Part shown: positions 54,207 to 61,929 of the stretch, in pieces
Numbering within the stretch: position 1 is the stretch's first letter
How the letters are laid out: each line of letters starts with the position of its first letter
Made by a program: the position numbers and the translations under genes
Virus record (IMG/VR): IMGVR_UViG_3300031521_000012
Span: 103,972 to 167,971 of that record
Reading direction: 5' to 3' (one strand)
Source of the DNA: a virus
Length of the DNA stretch: 64,000 nucleotides
Notes under the pieces: generated by a model
Seen by the model: the letters and a program-made list of their open reading frames with translations, nothing else
What the model was told of the DNA's origin: nothing
Database searches by the model: none

Positions 54207-56354
54207 TTAGCAAATTCTTTTAGCTCTTATCATACCATATGTTACGCAAGAAGTATTTGCTCCACGTGCATAATTAATAGTTAGACAATGACAACCAGCT
54301 GTTAATGTAATATCTCTTGATAGCGATGCTGATGACACCCAACTACCTTCTGCACCACATGAATGGTAACATGTTCCAATTGTAACACCATCCAAAGCAA
54401 ACCAAGCAAAAGTATTACCAACACTAGTATTTCCAAACTGAGCACTAAAATCAATCTGATATCTACCTGCTTTAAATGTCCATGGTGTTCCTGATAAATA
54501 AATAACAGTGCCTGCACCAGTGCTTGTTGATAATGTTGTATTATCACTATAAAAATAAGAATCACTACCACCAGTTAATTTTACTTGTCTTAGGACACAT
54601 GTTGTTGGGTTATAGTATAATGCACGATCTGTTGAAATATCACCTGTAGCAGGGCTGCCTAAACATGTAGTACCTCTAAATATTGTTGTGCCAGTTGTAG
54701 TAAGACTGGAATTAATTACAATTGCACCAGTAAATGTGGCTCCGCTTAAAAATGCTTTCTGACCTAATTTGGTTTGAGTTGCGCCAGTATAAATGTTATA
54801 AGCTGTTTTTGTTACATATGTAGCTGGAACGGTTGTACCTGTGTATGTATTGAATATAGTAGTTAGTAATCTATTATTTATACTTGTTTGAGTTGTACCA
54901 GTATAAACATTAATCTGAGTCTTAGTATAGTAAGTGTTAGGCGCTGTAGTACCTGTGTATGTGTTAAATATAGACTTACTTGCAAATGCAGCAGGTGCTG
55001 TAGTGCCCGTGTAACCATTAAAAACAGTTGTTAATAGTCTGGAGTTTATGTCTATTAACGTAGTGCCAGTATATGTATTGATTTGTGTCTTATTGTAATA
55101 AGTGTTGGGAACTGTTGTTCCAGAATATGTATTAAACGCTGTTTTGCCTAAGTAAGTGCTAGGTGCTGTTGTTCCGCTATAACTGTCAAATATTGAAGTT
55201 AGTAATCTATTATTAATATTAGTTAATGTACTACCAGAATACGTATTAAACGATGATGTATTCAACTTACTGTTTAATACTGTTGATAATGTTCCAATTG
55301 TTGTGTCAACATTGAAGCTATTTCCTGTCCAAGAAATCGAATTTCCTGCTAAACCATTTCCATCAACACACATTACACCAGTATTATAGCACAACCCAAT
55401 ACCTGCTAAGCTTTGATTGATGTATAAGCCCGATGCATCGTTACACAACCCACAATTATTTGCTAATTTAGTGGCTACAACATAGTTTCCGCCTGTTGTT
55501 GTTACATTTATTCCATTTCCTTCGCTAATACCCTTTACCGAACTAAATAACACAAATGTCAATGGCGTTACACCAACATTAATTGGGTCGGGTGTTGTTA
55601 ATATCCATGATGTACTTTGATTAGTGATTCCTGTTAATACAAAAAAATATGATCCATTTACCGCTTGAGTATTACCACTAAAATCGGGTGCGCGTTGCCA
55701 TGCGCCAACTGCTGCAATATATACGCCATTTGTTGCAGGAAGAATTTGATTTTTAGCTAAAATTCTCATGCCTACCGCAACTTGTTTACCACCTATAATA
55801 GGTAAACCACTAAGTGCAGTATCACCTGTTGTAGCTAAGTTAACTGCAATTTGTGGAACCAATCCGCCTGAACGATTATCCACATATTCTTTATCAACAA
55901 GCGAACGATTTGTAAATGTTAGCGAATAATCATTATTATATTGAATACCTGTGGGAATTACTCTATTATCAGTAAATATTACCTGTACATCACCAACACT
56001 AAATTTAGTTTTTTCCACTTTGGCTACATTGTTTCCGTGTAAATCAATACTACTGCCATTACTGACAATATTTATATTGCCAACAGAAAATAGATTTAAA
56101 TTATTTGAAGCTAATGTGAAATCATGTGTATTACCCGATATAGTAGTAGCTTGTGATAAGTTACCACCTAATGCAACATATCTTCCTGATTTACTTAAGC
56201 CATTTGTACCACCAGTAATGGCAGAATCTAAAATGGGTTGTGTACTACCAGTATATGGATTAAATATACATGTTGAAACCATATCGGTGTTATCAAAGTC
56301 ACCAATGAATAAATGTTTTTTTCCCGTTAAAAGATCAATTGAAAATGTTGCCAT
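54207..56354 (-). CDS. fibre/decoration-like virion protein with Y(S/T)GTT repeats
   Basis: GMRILAKNQ..NGVY..WQRAPD fibre-type domain; nine Y[ST]G[STA]T units. Confidence 0.75.
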   Translation of the reverse strand: MATFSIDLLTGKKHLFIGDFDNTDMVSTCIFNPYTGSTQPILDSAITGGTNGLSKSGRYVALGGNLSQATTISGNTHDFTLASNNLNLFSVGNINIVSNGSSIDLHGNNVAKVEKTKFSVGDVQVIFTDNRVIPTGIQYNNDYSLTFTNRSLVDKEYVDNRSGGLVPQIAVNLATTGDTALSGLPIIGGKQVAVGMRILAKNQILPATNGVYIAAVGAWQRAPDFSGNTQAVNGSYFFVLTGITNQSTSWILTTPDPINVGVTPLTFVLFSSVKGISEGNGINVTTTGGNYVVATKLANNCGLCNDASGLYINQSLAGIGLCYNTGVMCVDGNGLAGNSISWTGNSFNVDTTIGTLSTVLNSKLNTSSFNTYSGSTLTNINNRLLTSIFDSYSGTTAPSTYLGKTAFNTYSGTTVPNTYYNKTQINTYTGTTLIDINSRLLTTVFNGYTGTTAPAAFASKSIFNTYTGTTAPNTYYTKTQINVYTGTTQTSINNRLLTTIFNTYTGTTVPATYVTKTAYNIYTGATQTKLGQKAFLSGATFTGAIVINSSLTTTGTTIFRGTTCLGSPATGDISTDRALYYNPTTCVLRQVKLTGGSDSYFYSDNTTLSTSTGAGTVIYLSGTPWTFKAGRYQIDFSAQFGNTSVGNTFAWFALDGVTIGTCYHSCGAEGSWVSSASLSRDITLTAGCHCLTINYARGANTSCVTYGMIRAKRIC
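54778..55262 (-). repeat. hierarchical coding repeat: 18-20 aa units within a 56-aa (168 bp) super-period
   Basis: IN(N/S)RLLT recurs at 55201, about 55033 and 54865. Confidence 0.85.
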
Positions 56355-56370
56355 GTGATAAATATTTTTT

Positions 56371-56378
56371 ATAAATAC
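56371..56378 (-). promoter_or_regulatory. GTATTTAT motif
   Basis: 16 bp upstream of 56354. Confidence 0.65.
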
Positions 56379-56414
56379 TTAAATATTTGCGATTTGTTTC
56401 TAAGTATATAAAAT

Positions 56415-56444
56415 AAAAAAGGTGATAAAATTTTATCACCTTTT
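56415..56444. terminator. perfect palindrome / terminator
   Basis: aaaaggtgataaaattttatcacctttt. Confidence 0.75.
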
Positions 56445-56501
56445 GAAAACCAGTTATCTATGGCTATTATACGCACAAGTGCGCAAGTCTATTATTTAGT
56501 A

Positions 56502-56750
56502 CTATACATACGTATAACTTAAACGTTCATCCCAAATAAAGCTAAACATTTGATTTCCGTCAGGAAATAATGCGGTTGCCCAAACATCGCCTGACTTACT
56601 AATTTTTTTAATTTGCCAGATTGGTTTACTGGTATCATTTCCATTATTCGATAAACCAAAATAAAATTCAGTTGCACCTGCTTCGTGAATTAATTCGATT
56701 GGTTGAAAATCGGGAAATTGAAGGTTCATATCTGTGTTGAAATCTGTCAT
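56502..56750 (-). CDS. small hypothetical (probable virion) protein
   Basis: WQIKKI..FIWDERLSYTY; GTATTTAT at 56786-56793 within the glf 3' end. Confidence 0.65.
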   Translation of the reverse strand: MTDFNTDMNLQFPDFQPIELIHEAGATEFYFGLSNNGNDTSKPIWQIKKISKSGDVWATALFPDGNQMFSFIWDERLSYTYV

Positions 56751-56783
56751 GGCTGATGATTTTTTGTATTATATTGTTATTTT

Positions 56784-57872
56784 TCATAAATACTTTAATC
56801 CACTGAATTCTTCCAAAGCTTTTCTAACAATATCTGTCATATCATAATACACATAATCAGCAAGTCTTCCACCGAAGATAACATTTGTTTCATTTACCAT
56901 CAATTGTTTATATTGATGATATTTCACTTTGTTTAATCCATCACTGATTGGGTAATAAGGATCGCCAATATCAGTTGGGTATTCCTTAGTTATTATTGTG
57001 TTTGACTGATCACCAAATTCAAAGTGTTTATGTTCGATAATTCGTGTGTAGGGAATATTAATATCAGTATAATTCATTCCTGCAATTCCCTGATAATCTT
57101 TTATCGGTAATATTTCGTGCTTAAATTCTAAACTACGATAATCTAGTTTTCCAAATTTATAATCATAAAATTCATCAACGCTACCAGTATAAATAATTAT
57201 ATCAGCTAATGAATTAAAGTATTCTCTATCACTAAAATAGTCGCAATCCAATAAAACATCGACACCTGACAATAATTTTTCGAATATAGGCGTATATCCA
57301 CCAATAGGTATGCCTTGATAAGTATCAAAATAATAATTATCATCATATGTAAGTCTAATTGGTATTCTTTTGATAATGCTTGCTGGTAATTTAGATGGCT
57401 CACGTCCCCATTGTTTAGTGGTATAGCCCTTAATAAAAATATTATATAAATCCCAACCAACTTGCGATATCATCCAATCCTCTAAGTTAACTGGATTATC
57501 AATATTAATCTTAACCATATTAAAATAATCTATAGCCTCTTCGGGTGTTTTAACACCATATAGTTGATTAAGTGTTAATAGGTTAATTGGAAATGAAAAT
57601 ATATTATCTTTATAATTAACTTTAGGTCTATATGAGAAATGATTAAATTCAGCATATTTACACATATAGTCCCAAACTCGTTTATCTGATGTATGAAATA
57701 TGTGAGGACCGTACTTATGAACAGTAATTCCCTCAACGTTTTCAGTATGACAATTGCCACCAATATGTGATCTTTTATCAATAATCAATACCCTTTTACC
57801 ATTATCGGTTAATTCTCTTGCTGCTATGCTGCCATACAGTCCAGCACCGACTATAAGATAATCGTATTTCAT
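56784..57872 (-). CDS. glf: UDP-galactopyranose mutase
   Basis: IVGAGLYG, HIGGNC, HKYGPHIFHT, GYTTKQWG, YRSL, TRIIEHKHF, PYYP, GRLADYVYYDM. Confidence 0.96.
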   Translation of the reverse strand: MKYDYLIVGAGLYGSIAARELTDNGKRVLIIDKRSHIGGNCHTENVEGITVHKYGPHIFHTSDKRVWDYMCKYAEFNHFSYRPKVNYKDNIFSFPINLLTLNQLYGVKTPEEAIDYFNMVKINIDNPVNLEDWMISQVGWDLYNIFIKGYTTKQWGREPSKLPASIIKRIPIRLTYDDNYYFDTYQGIPIGGYTPIFEKLLSGVDVLLDCDYFSDREYFNSLADIIIYTGSVDEFYDYKFGKLDYRSLEFKHEILPIKDYQGIAGMNYTDINIPYTRIIEHKHFEFGDQSNTIITKEYPTDIGDPYYPISDGLNKVKYHQYKQLMVNETNVIFGGRLADYVYYDMTDIVRKALEEFSGLKYL

Positions 57873-58687
57873 TGTTTTAGTTTTAAAAAACCATTATCAC
57901 AATATGTTGAAATTCGTATCCAATCATCACACCAAATATCTTTAGGATTGTCTGGTACATCAGCACCAAACCATGTATCAGGAGCAACAACAATTTTATC
58001 AGGATTTCTCGATAGGTAAGCACCCCACCAAGAGAATGATGAATTAGATATTACGAAATGACTACACATTGACATTAACCATAAAGCATCACAGTCATAA
58101 TAATCATCATTATTGAATACACAATTAGGTAATCGAATATTGTCTTTACACCATTGAATATCGTCACTTATGACCAGAATGATATCATAATCAGGTATGT
58201 GTTTAATTGCTTCATATATATATTCTAATGTAATAACTGGATGTCTTGTTGGTTGAGTGAGATAATCACCTCTACGAACATTAATTACCAGTACTTTGCT
58301 ATCTTTCAGAAATGGAAAACTATTATAAGCTCTTTCTTCAAATTCTTTTGTTGGAGAATATAAATCTTTTATTACTTCGGTATATTTACTAAAAAACTTC
58401 TCTGATTGATACCAACCTGCAAAGCATGTCGGACAGCCATCATAAGGTTTTAATTCATTATATTCAAATTCAGACCAAATAATTCTACCATGTTCATATG
58501 AACAACCAATTCTAAAATCAAGCTTTCTAAATAATGTTTTTTCTAAATGTTGTGAAGATGAATCTCTTGAAGGCGCTATGAATTGTCTGTTATATTCCAA
58601 TGACTTTGTATATCCATGTGCTAATTGAAACATCATATTTCCAGTTCTTCCTTGTAGTCTGGATGTTATATAATTATTTGTTATCAT
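57869..58687 (-). CDS. GT11 alpha-1,2-fucosyltransferase-like
   Basis: GRTGNMMFQ, GWYQSEKFF, NVRRGDY, SDDIQWC, SNSSFSWWGAYL. Confidence 0.9.
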   Translation of the reverse strand: MITNNYITSRLQGRTGNMMFQLAHGYTKSLEYNRQFIAPSRDSSSQHLEKTLFRKLDFRIGCSYEHGRIIWSEFEYNELKPYDGCPTCFAGWYQSEKFFSKYTEVIKDLYSPTKEFEERAYNSFPFLKDSKVLVINVRRGDYLTQPTRHPVITLEYIYEAIKHIPDYDIILVISDDIQWCKDNIRLPNCVFNNDDYYDCDALWLMSMCSHFVISNSSFSWWGAYLSRNPDKIVVAPDTWFGADVPDNPKDIWCDDWIRISTYCDNGFLKLKQ

Positions 58688-58690
58688 AGG

Positions 58691-59383
58691 TTAGAAATTT
58701 CTAATAATTTCTTTAGTAAATGAATGTAAATACGGGAATAAACCAGTACCATTTGTGTATTTGCCTTGCTGAATATCAATATTGCTCATGCTAGTCCTTT
58801 GTACCATACCTAATGGATAAACAACATATTTTTTAAATAAAGTTCCTAGTTCTTGACTATCTAAACATTGATTACCCAACCAGCCATCTAAAGCTGAATC
58901 AGTTTCAGGATTATATTTTAAAAAACGATCATAAGCACGTTTATTTACACCATATGCATGACCTGTTAAAACAGTTCGTGGACTTAAAAGGTGTTCTGAT
59001 ACCATATTTAGTTTTTCATCGATTATTATTCCACCTAAATATATGATATCCCAATCATCAAAGTATTGTAATTCATCTAATGCCTGTTCAATTGCATTAA
59101 TACCTTTACCATAAAACATAGCATCATCTTCTAAGATCAAAACATTGTCTAAATCCAAGTCCTTTGCATATTGAATAATGTTTCTATGTGCAGTTCCACA
59201 TGCAATATGACCAGCACGACAAGGAAATTCATAGCCCTTATCAACAGCTAAAACACCAGATACTCTTCCAAAGAAGTTTTCTAAACCAACATTGCGCATT
59301 TCGTTTAGAAATTCTAATTTTCTATCTAGTCTTTCATCTAAGTTAATATAAACACCTCTGGTAAAAAATTCATTTATTTTCAT
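58691..59383 (-). CDS. GT25 glycosyltransferase
   Basis: YINLDERLDRK, GHIACGTAH, LILEDD, WDIIYLG, GHAY. Confidence 0.88.
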   Translation of the reverse strand: MKINEFFTRGVYINLDERLDRKLEFLNEMRNVGLENFFGRVSGVLAVDKGYEFPCRAGHIACGTAHRNIIQYAKDLDLDNVLILEDDAMFYGKGINAIEQALDELQYFDDWDIIYLGGIIIDEKLNMVSEHLLSPRTVLTGHAYGVNKRAYDRFLKYNPETDSALDGWLGNQCLDSQELGTLFKKYVVYPLGMVQRTSMSNIDIQQGKYTNGTGLFPYLHSFTKEIIRNF

Positions 59384-59387
59384 ATAT

Positions 59388-60557
59388 TTATAGTTTATTT
59401 ATGAAGTCAGACCACATTTGACCAACTCTATTAACATTAAATCTGTCGGTAATTGAGAAACTTCCATATTCTCTAATGTCTCTTTTTAGTTCATCGTTTT
59501 GCTCAATCAATTCAATAACTTCAACGATATTATCAACACATTTAAATTTTCCTTCTAAGTCCTTAGATAGCGGTTCATTTTGCATTTCAATTGGATTGGT
59601 ATCTTTAGGAAATGGAAGCCAAACACATAATCCATTAAAATTTTCAGGTAATGCACCTAATGGATATGTTATTACTATTGCGCCCAAAGCAATTGCTTCT
59701 GCCACAACGCATGAAAAAGTATCTTTATGTACATCTTGATATGGCGTATATAAAGGATATATGAAATATTCACTTTCTGCTATGTGTTGGAATAAGGTGC
59801 GCTTATCAACTCCATTATGTTTATAAAAGAAATCATCAGGATGTGGGTGAGTGCACATTAAATAATCAAATGCATGAAACTCCTTATCATCAAAGCCTAA
59901 TTGTCTAACAGCTTCCAATGCAATATCACCACCTCTTGCCCAAGCTGCATGAAATACAAATTTATGTTTCTTTCTAATTGGATTGGTTGCTAGAACTTCA
60001 TTAATCATTTCATCCATTACTGGATTTGGAATAATTGTGGTTATGGCAGATACTTCTCTGATTGCTCTAGCCATGACTGCAACATTCATCGATTTTTCCC
60101 AATTGGATATATTAACAAAACCAAATGTTAGATTATTGTTTTTAACATAATCAATTATTTGATCAATACCATAAATCCATTGCATGTGTGACCAATAAAT
60201 TAATGATTTAGTTACTTTGATTTTTAACTTATCGTAATCTTGAAACCAAAGCATACTAACCAATATATCAAACTCTAAATTATCAATTCCATCAAAATTA
60301 ATATTGGTATATTTAACCCCATAGAATTCTTCACCAAAAGTATTAATTATTCCTTTAGCATTATTTTCTATAATCAACTGTGGCTCTAATTCATCGGCAA
60401 CAAATACTACTTCATGCCCTTGTTTAGCTAAATATTCAGCAATCAACACTGCTGAACCATCAGTGCCTGAACCACCACCATTACCATATCTCAAATTATA
60501 TCCGTTGATATAATTTGATCTTCTACTGTTTCCTACAACTAAAAACGCTATTCGCAT
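59388..60557 (-). CDS. GT-B (GT4-like) glycosyltransferase
   Basis: GGSGTD..LAKQGHEV..DTFSCVVAEAIALG..GALPE. Confidence 0.82.
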   Translation of the reverse strand: MRIAFLVVGNSRRSNYINGYNLRYGNGGGSGTDGSAVLIAEYLAKQGHEVVFVADELEPQLIIENNAKGIINTFGEEFYGVKYTNINFDGIDNLEFDILVSMLWFQDYDKLKIKVTKSLIYWSHMQWIYGIDQIIDYVKNNNLTFGFVNISNWEKSMNVAVMARAIREVSAITTIIPNPVMDEMINEVLATNPIRKKHKFVFHAAWARGGDIALEAVRQLGFDDKEFHAFDYLMCTHPHPDDFFYKHNGVDKRTLFQHIAESEYFIYPLYTPYQDVHKDTFSCVVAEAIALGAIVITYPLGALPENFNGLCVWLPFPKDTNPIEMQNEPLSKDLEGKFKCVDNIVEVIELIEQNDELKRDIREYGSFSITDRFNVNRVGQMWSDFINKL

Positions 60558-60583
60558 TCGATTAATTATTATGTGTTATTATA

Positions 60584-61840
60584 TTATATATTTTTTTCGT
60601 ATCTATCGCTCCATTGCTTATCTTCATCAAATAAATACATCACAACCTTTTTAGGCTTATCTATTGACTCAAAAGAGACTGTAATTTGATTACATATTAA
60701 ATTTACATATTGTGGGTCTTTCTCAATTGTGAAGTCATGTCGATATAATTCATTATCTGATTGAGTTAAAACCCCTAATGTCATAAACTTAGGCTTGGTA
60801 AAATTATGCTTCTTGAAGAAATCCAAATCCCATTCGATTGTAATATCATATTTATTTCTAATGAATTGTGCTTCCCAATCGATAGGATTGGGTGGTTCTT
60901 TCACCTTTGATGTATATTCTTGAATTCTACATGTTTTAAAATCAAATCCACCGTATACTTCATAATCATGAACCGTTCTTACCTTACCTAATCCATATTT
61001 GCCCATGTCGATGTCATAATCTTCAGTACCAAACATTTGTCTTGTCTTATTTCTGGCAAAAGCATCCCTATCACCAGATAGCTTTTCAGTTTTGCTTTGT
61101 TGTGAGTGATCTTCCCAATGCTTAGTTCTGTAGTTACGTGTGAATTCATGCCACATTACCATTCTATATGGACTAAAGAAGTCATAACCATTTGTATATG
61201 CACGAACACTCATTGTTGTTTCTTCAGTATAACCACCAAAATAAATATCAGGGTCATATGGAACTTCTTTAATGAATTTGCCTTTTACAAAATAAAAGTG
61301 ACCACTCAATGTCCTTGCCCTGATTACCTTAGTTCTTTCTTTGTAGTCTTGGATATACCAAGGCATCGACATTAATAATCTATCTGCGCTGAATTCATAT
61401 TGCGACATTAATGAAGGTAATTGCTCATATTCACATGAACATGCTTTAGGATTGAATGGAGTGCAATAAGTGGTTATAATTGGCTTTTTGCTGACTTCTA
61501 ACGCTTGTTTATAGTCTTGCAATACTATTTCATCCCAATCCTGTACAAACCTGTGATGCGAGTCTATTTGCAATGTAAATTCTTCATTATCATATAGACT
61601 ATTAGTAATATTCCTAGCCCAACCCAAGCCACAACTTTCAGTGTAATGATATTTAGCAACTCTGAATTGTGGATTATTGTCGTATGTATCTATTGGCTCT
61701 GTTTCATCGTATTGCCAACAAATACCGAACACCAGATTTTCAGGATGTTTAGCTTTAGCTAGCATGTCTTTAATTGTTGGAATTAGTTCGGGGTCACGAT
61801 ATGATGCAATTTGAACCAGCGTTTTACCTTTCTTTATCAT
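60584..61840 (-). CDS. GT60 polypeptide alpha-GlcNAc transferase-like (Skp1 Gnt1/TcOGNT family)
   Basis: VQIASYRDPE..AKHPENLVFG..WQ..GLGWAR..QIDSHHRFVQDWD..YDPDIYF..EE..R.YT.GYD. Confidence 0.88.
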   Translation of the reverse strand: MIKKGKTLVQIASYRDPELIPTIKDMLAKAKHPENLVFGICWQYDETEPIDTYDNNPQFRVAKYHYTESCGLGWARNITNSLYDNEEFTLQIDSHHRFVQDWDEIVLQDYKQALEVSKKPIITTYCTPFNPKACSCEYEQLPSLMSQYEFSADRLLMSMPWYIQDYKERTKVIRARTLSGHFYFVKGKFIKEVPYDPDIYFGGYTEETTMSVRAYTNGYDFFSPYRMVMWHEFTRNYRTKHWEDHSQQSKTEKLSGDRDAFARNKTRQMFGTEDYDIDMGKYGLGKVRTVHDYEVYGGFDFKTCRIQEYTSKVKEPPNPIDWEAQFIRNKYDITIEWDLDFFKKHNFTKPKFMTLGVLTQSDNELYRHDFTIEKDPQYVNLICNQITVSFESIDKPKKVVMYLFDEDKQWSDRYEKNI

Positions 61841-61847
61841 AAAAATA

Positions 61848-61877
61848 ATGGTATTGGCTACTAATTGCCAATACCAT
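61848..61877 (-). terminator. hairpin downstream of tail fibre gene
   Basis: atggtattggc-N8-gccaataccat followed by TATTTTT on the minus strand. Confidence 0.65.
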
Positions 61878-61878
61878 G

Positions 61879-61909
61879 CAAAGATAATGAATATCTGATT
61901 TTAATCAAG
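61879..61909 (-). promoter_or_regulatory. Bacteroidota-type promoter (TTG-N19-TATCTTTG)
   Basis: Heads the glycosyltransferase operon. Confidence 0.7.
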
Positions 61910-61929
61910 AGTTTTCAAAAATTAAATCA

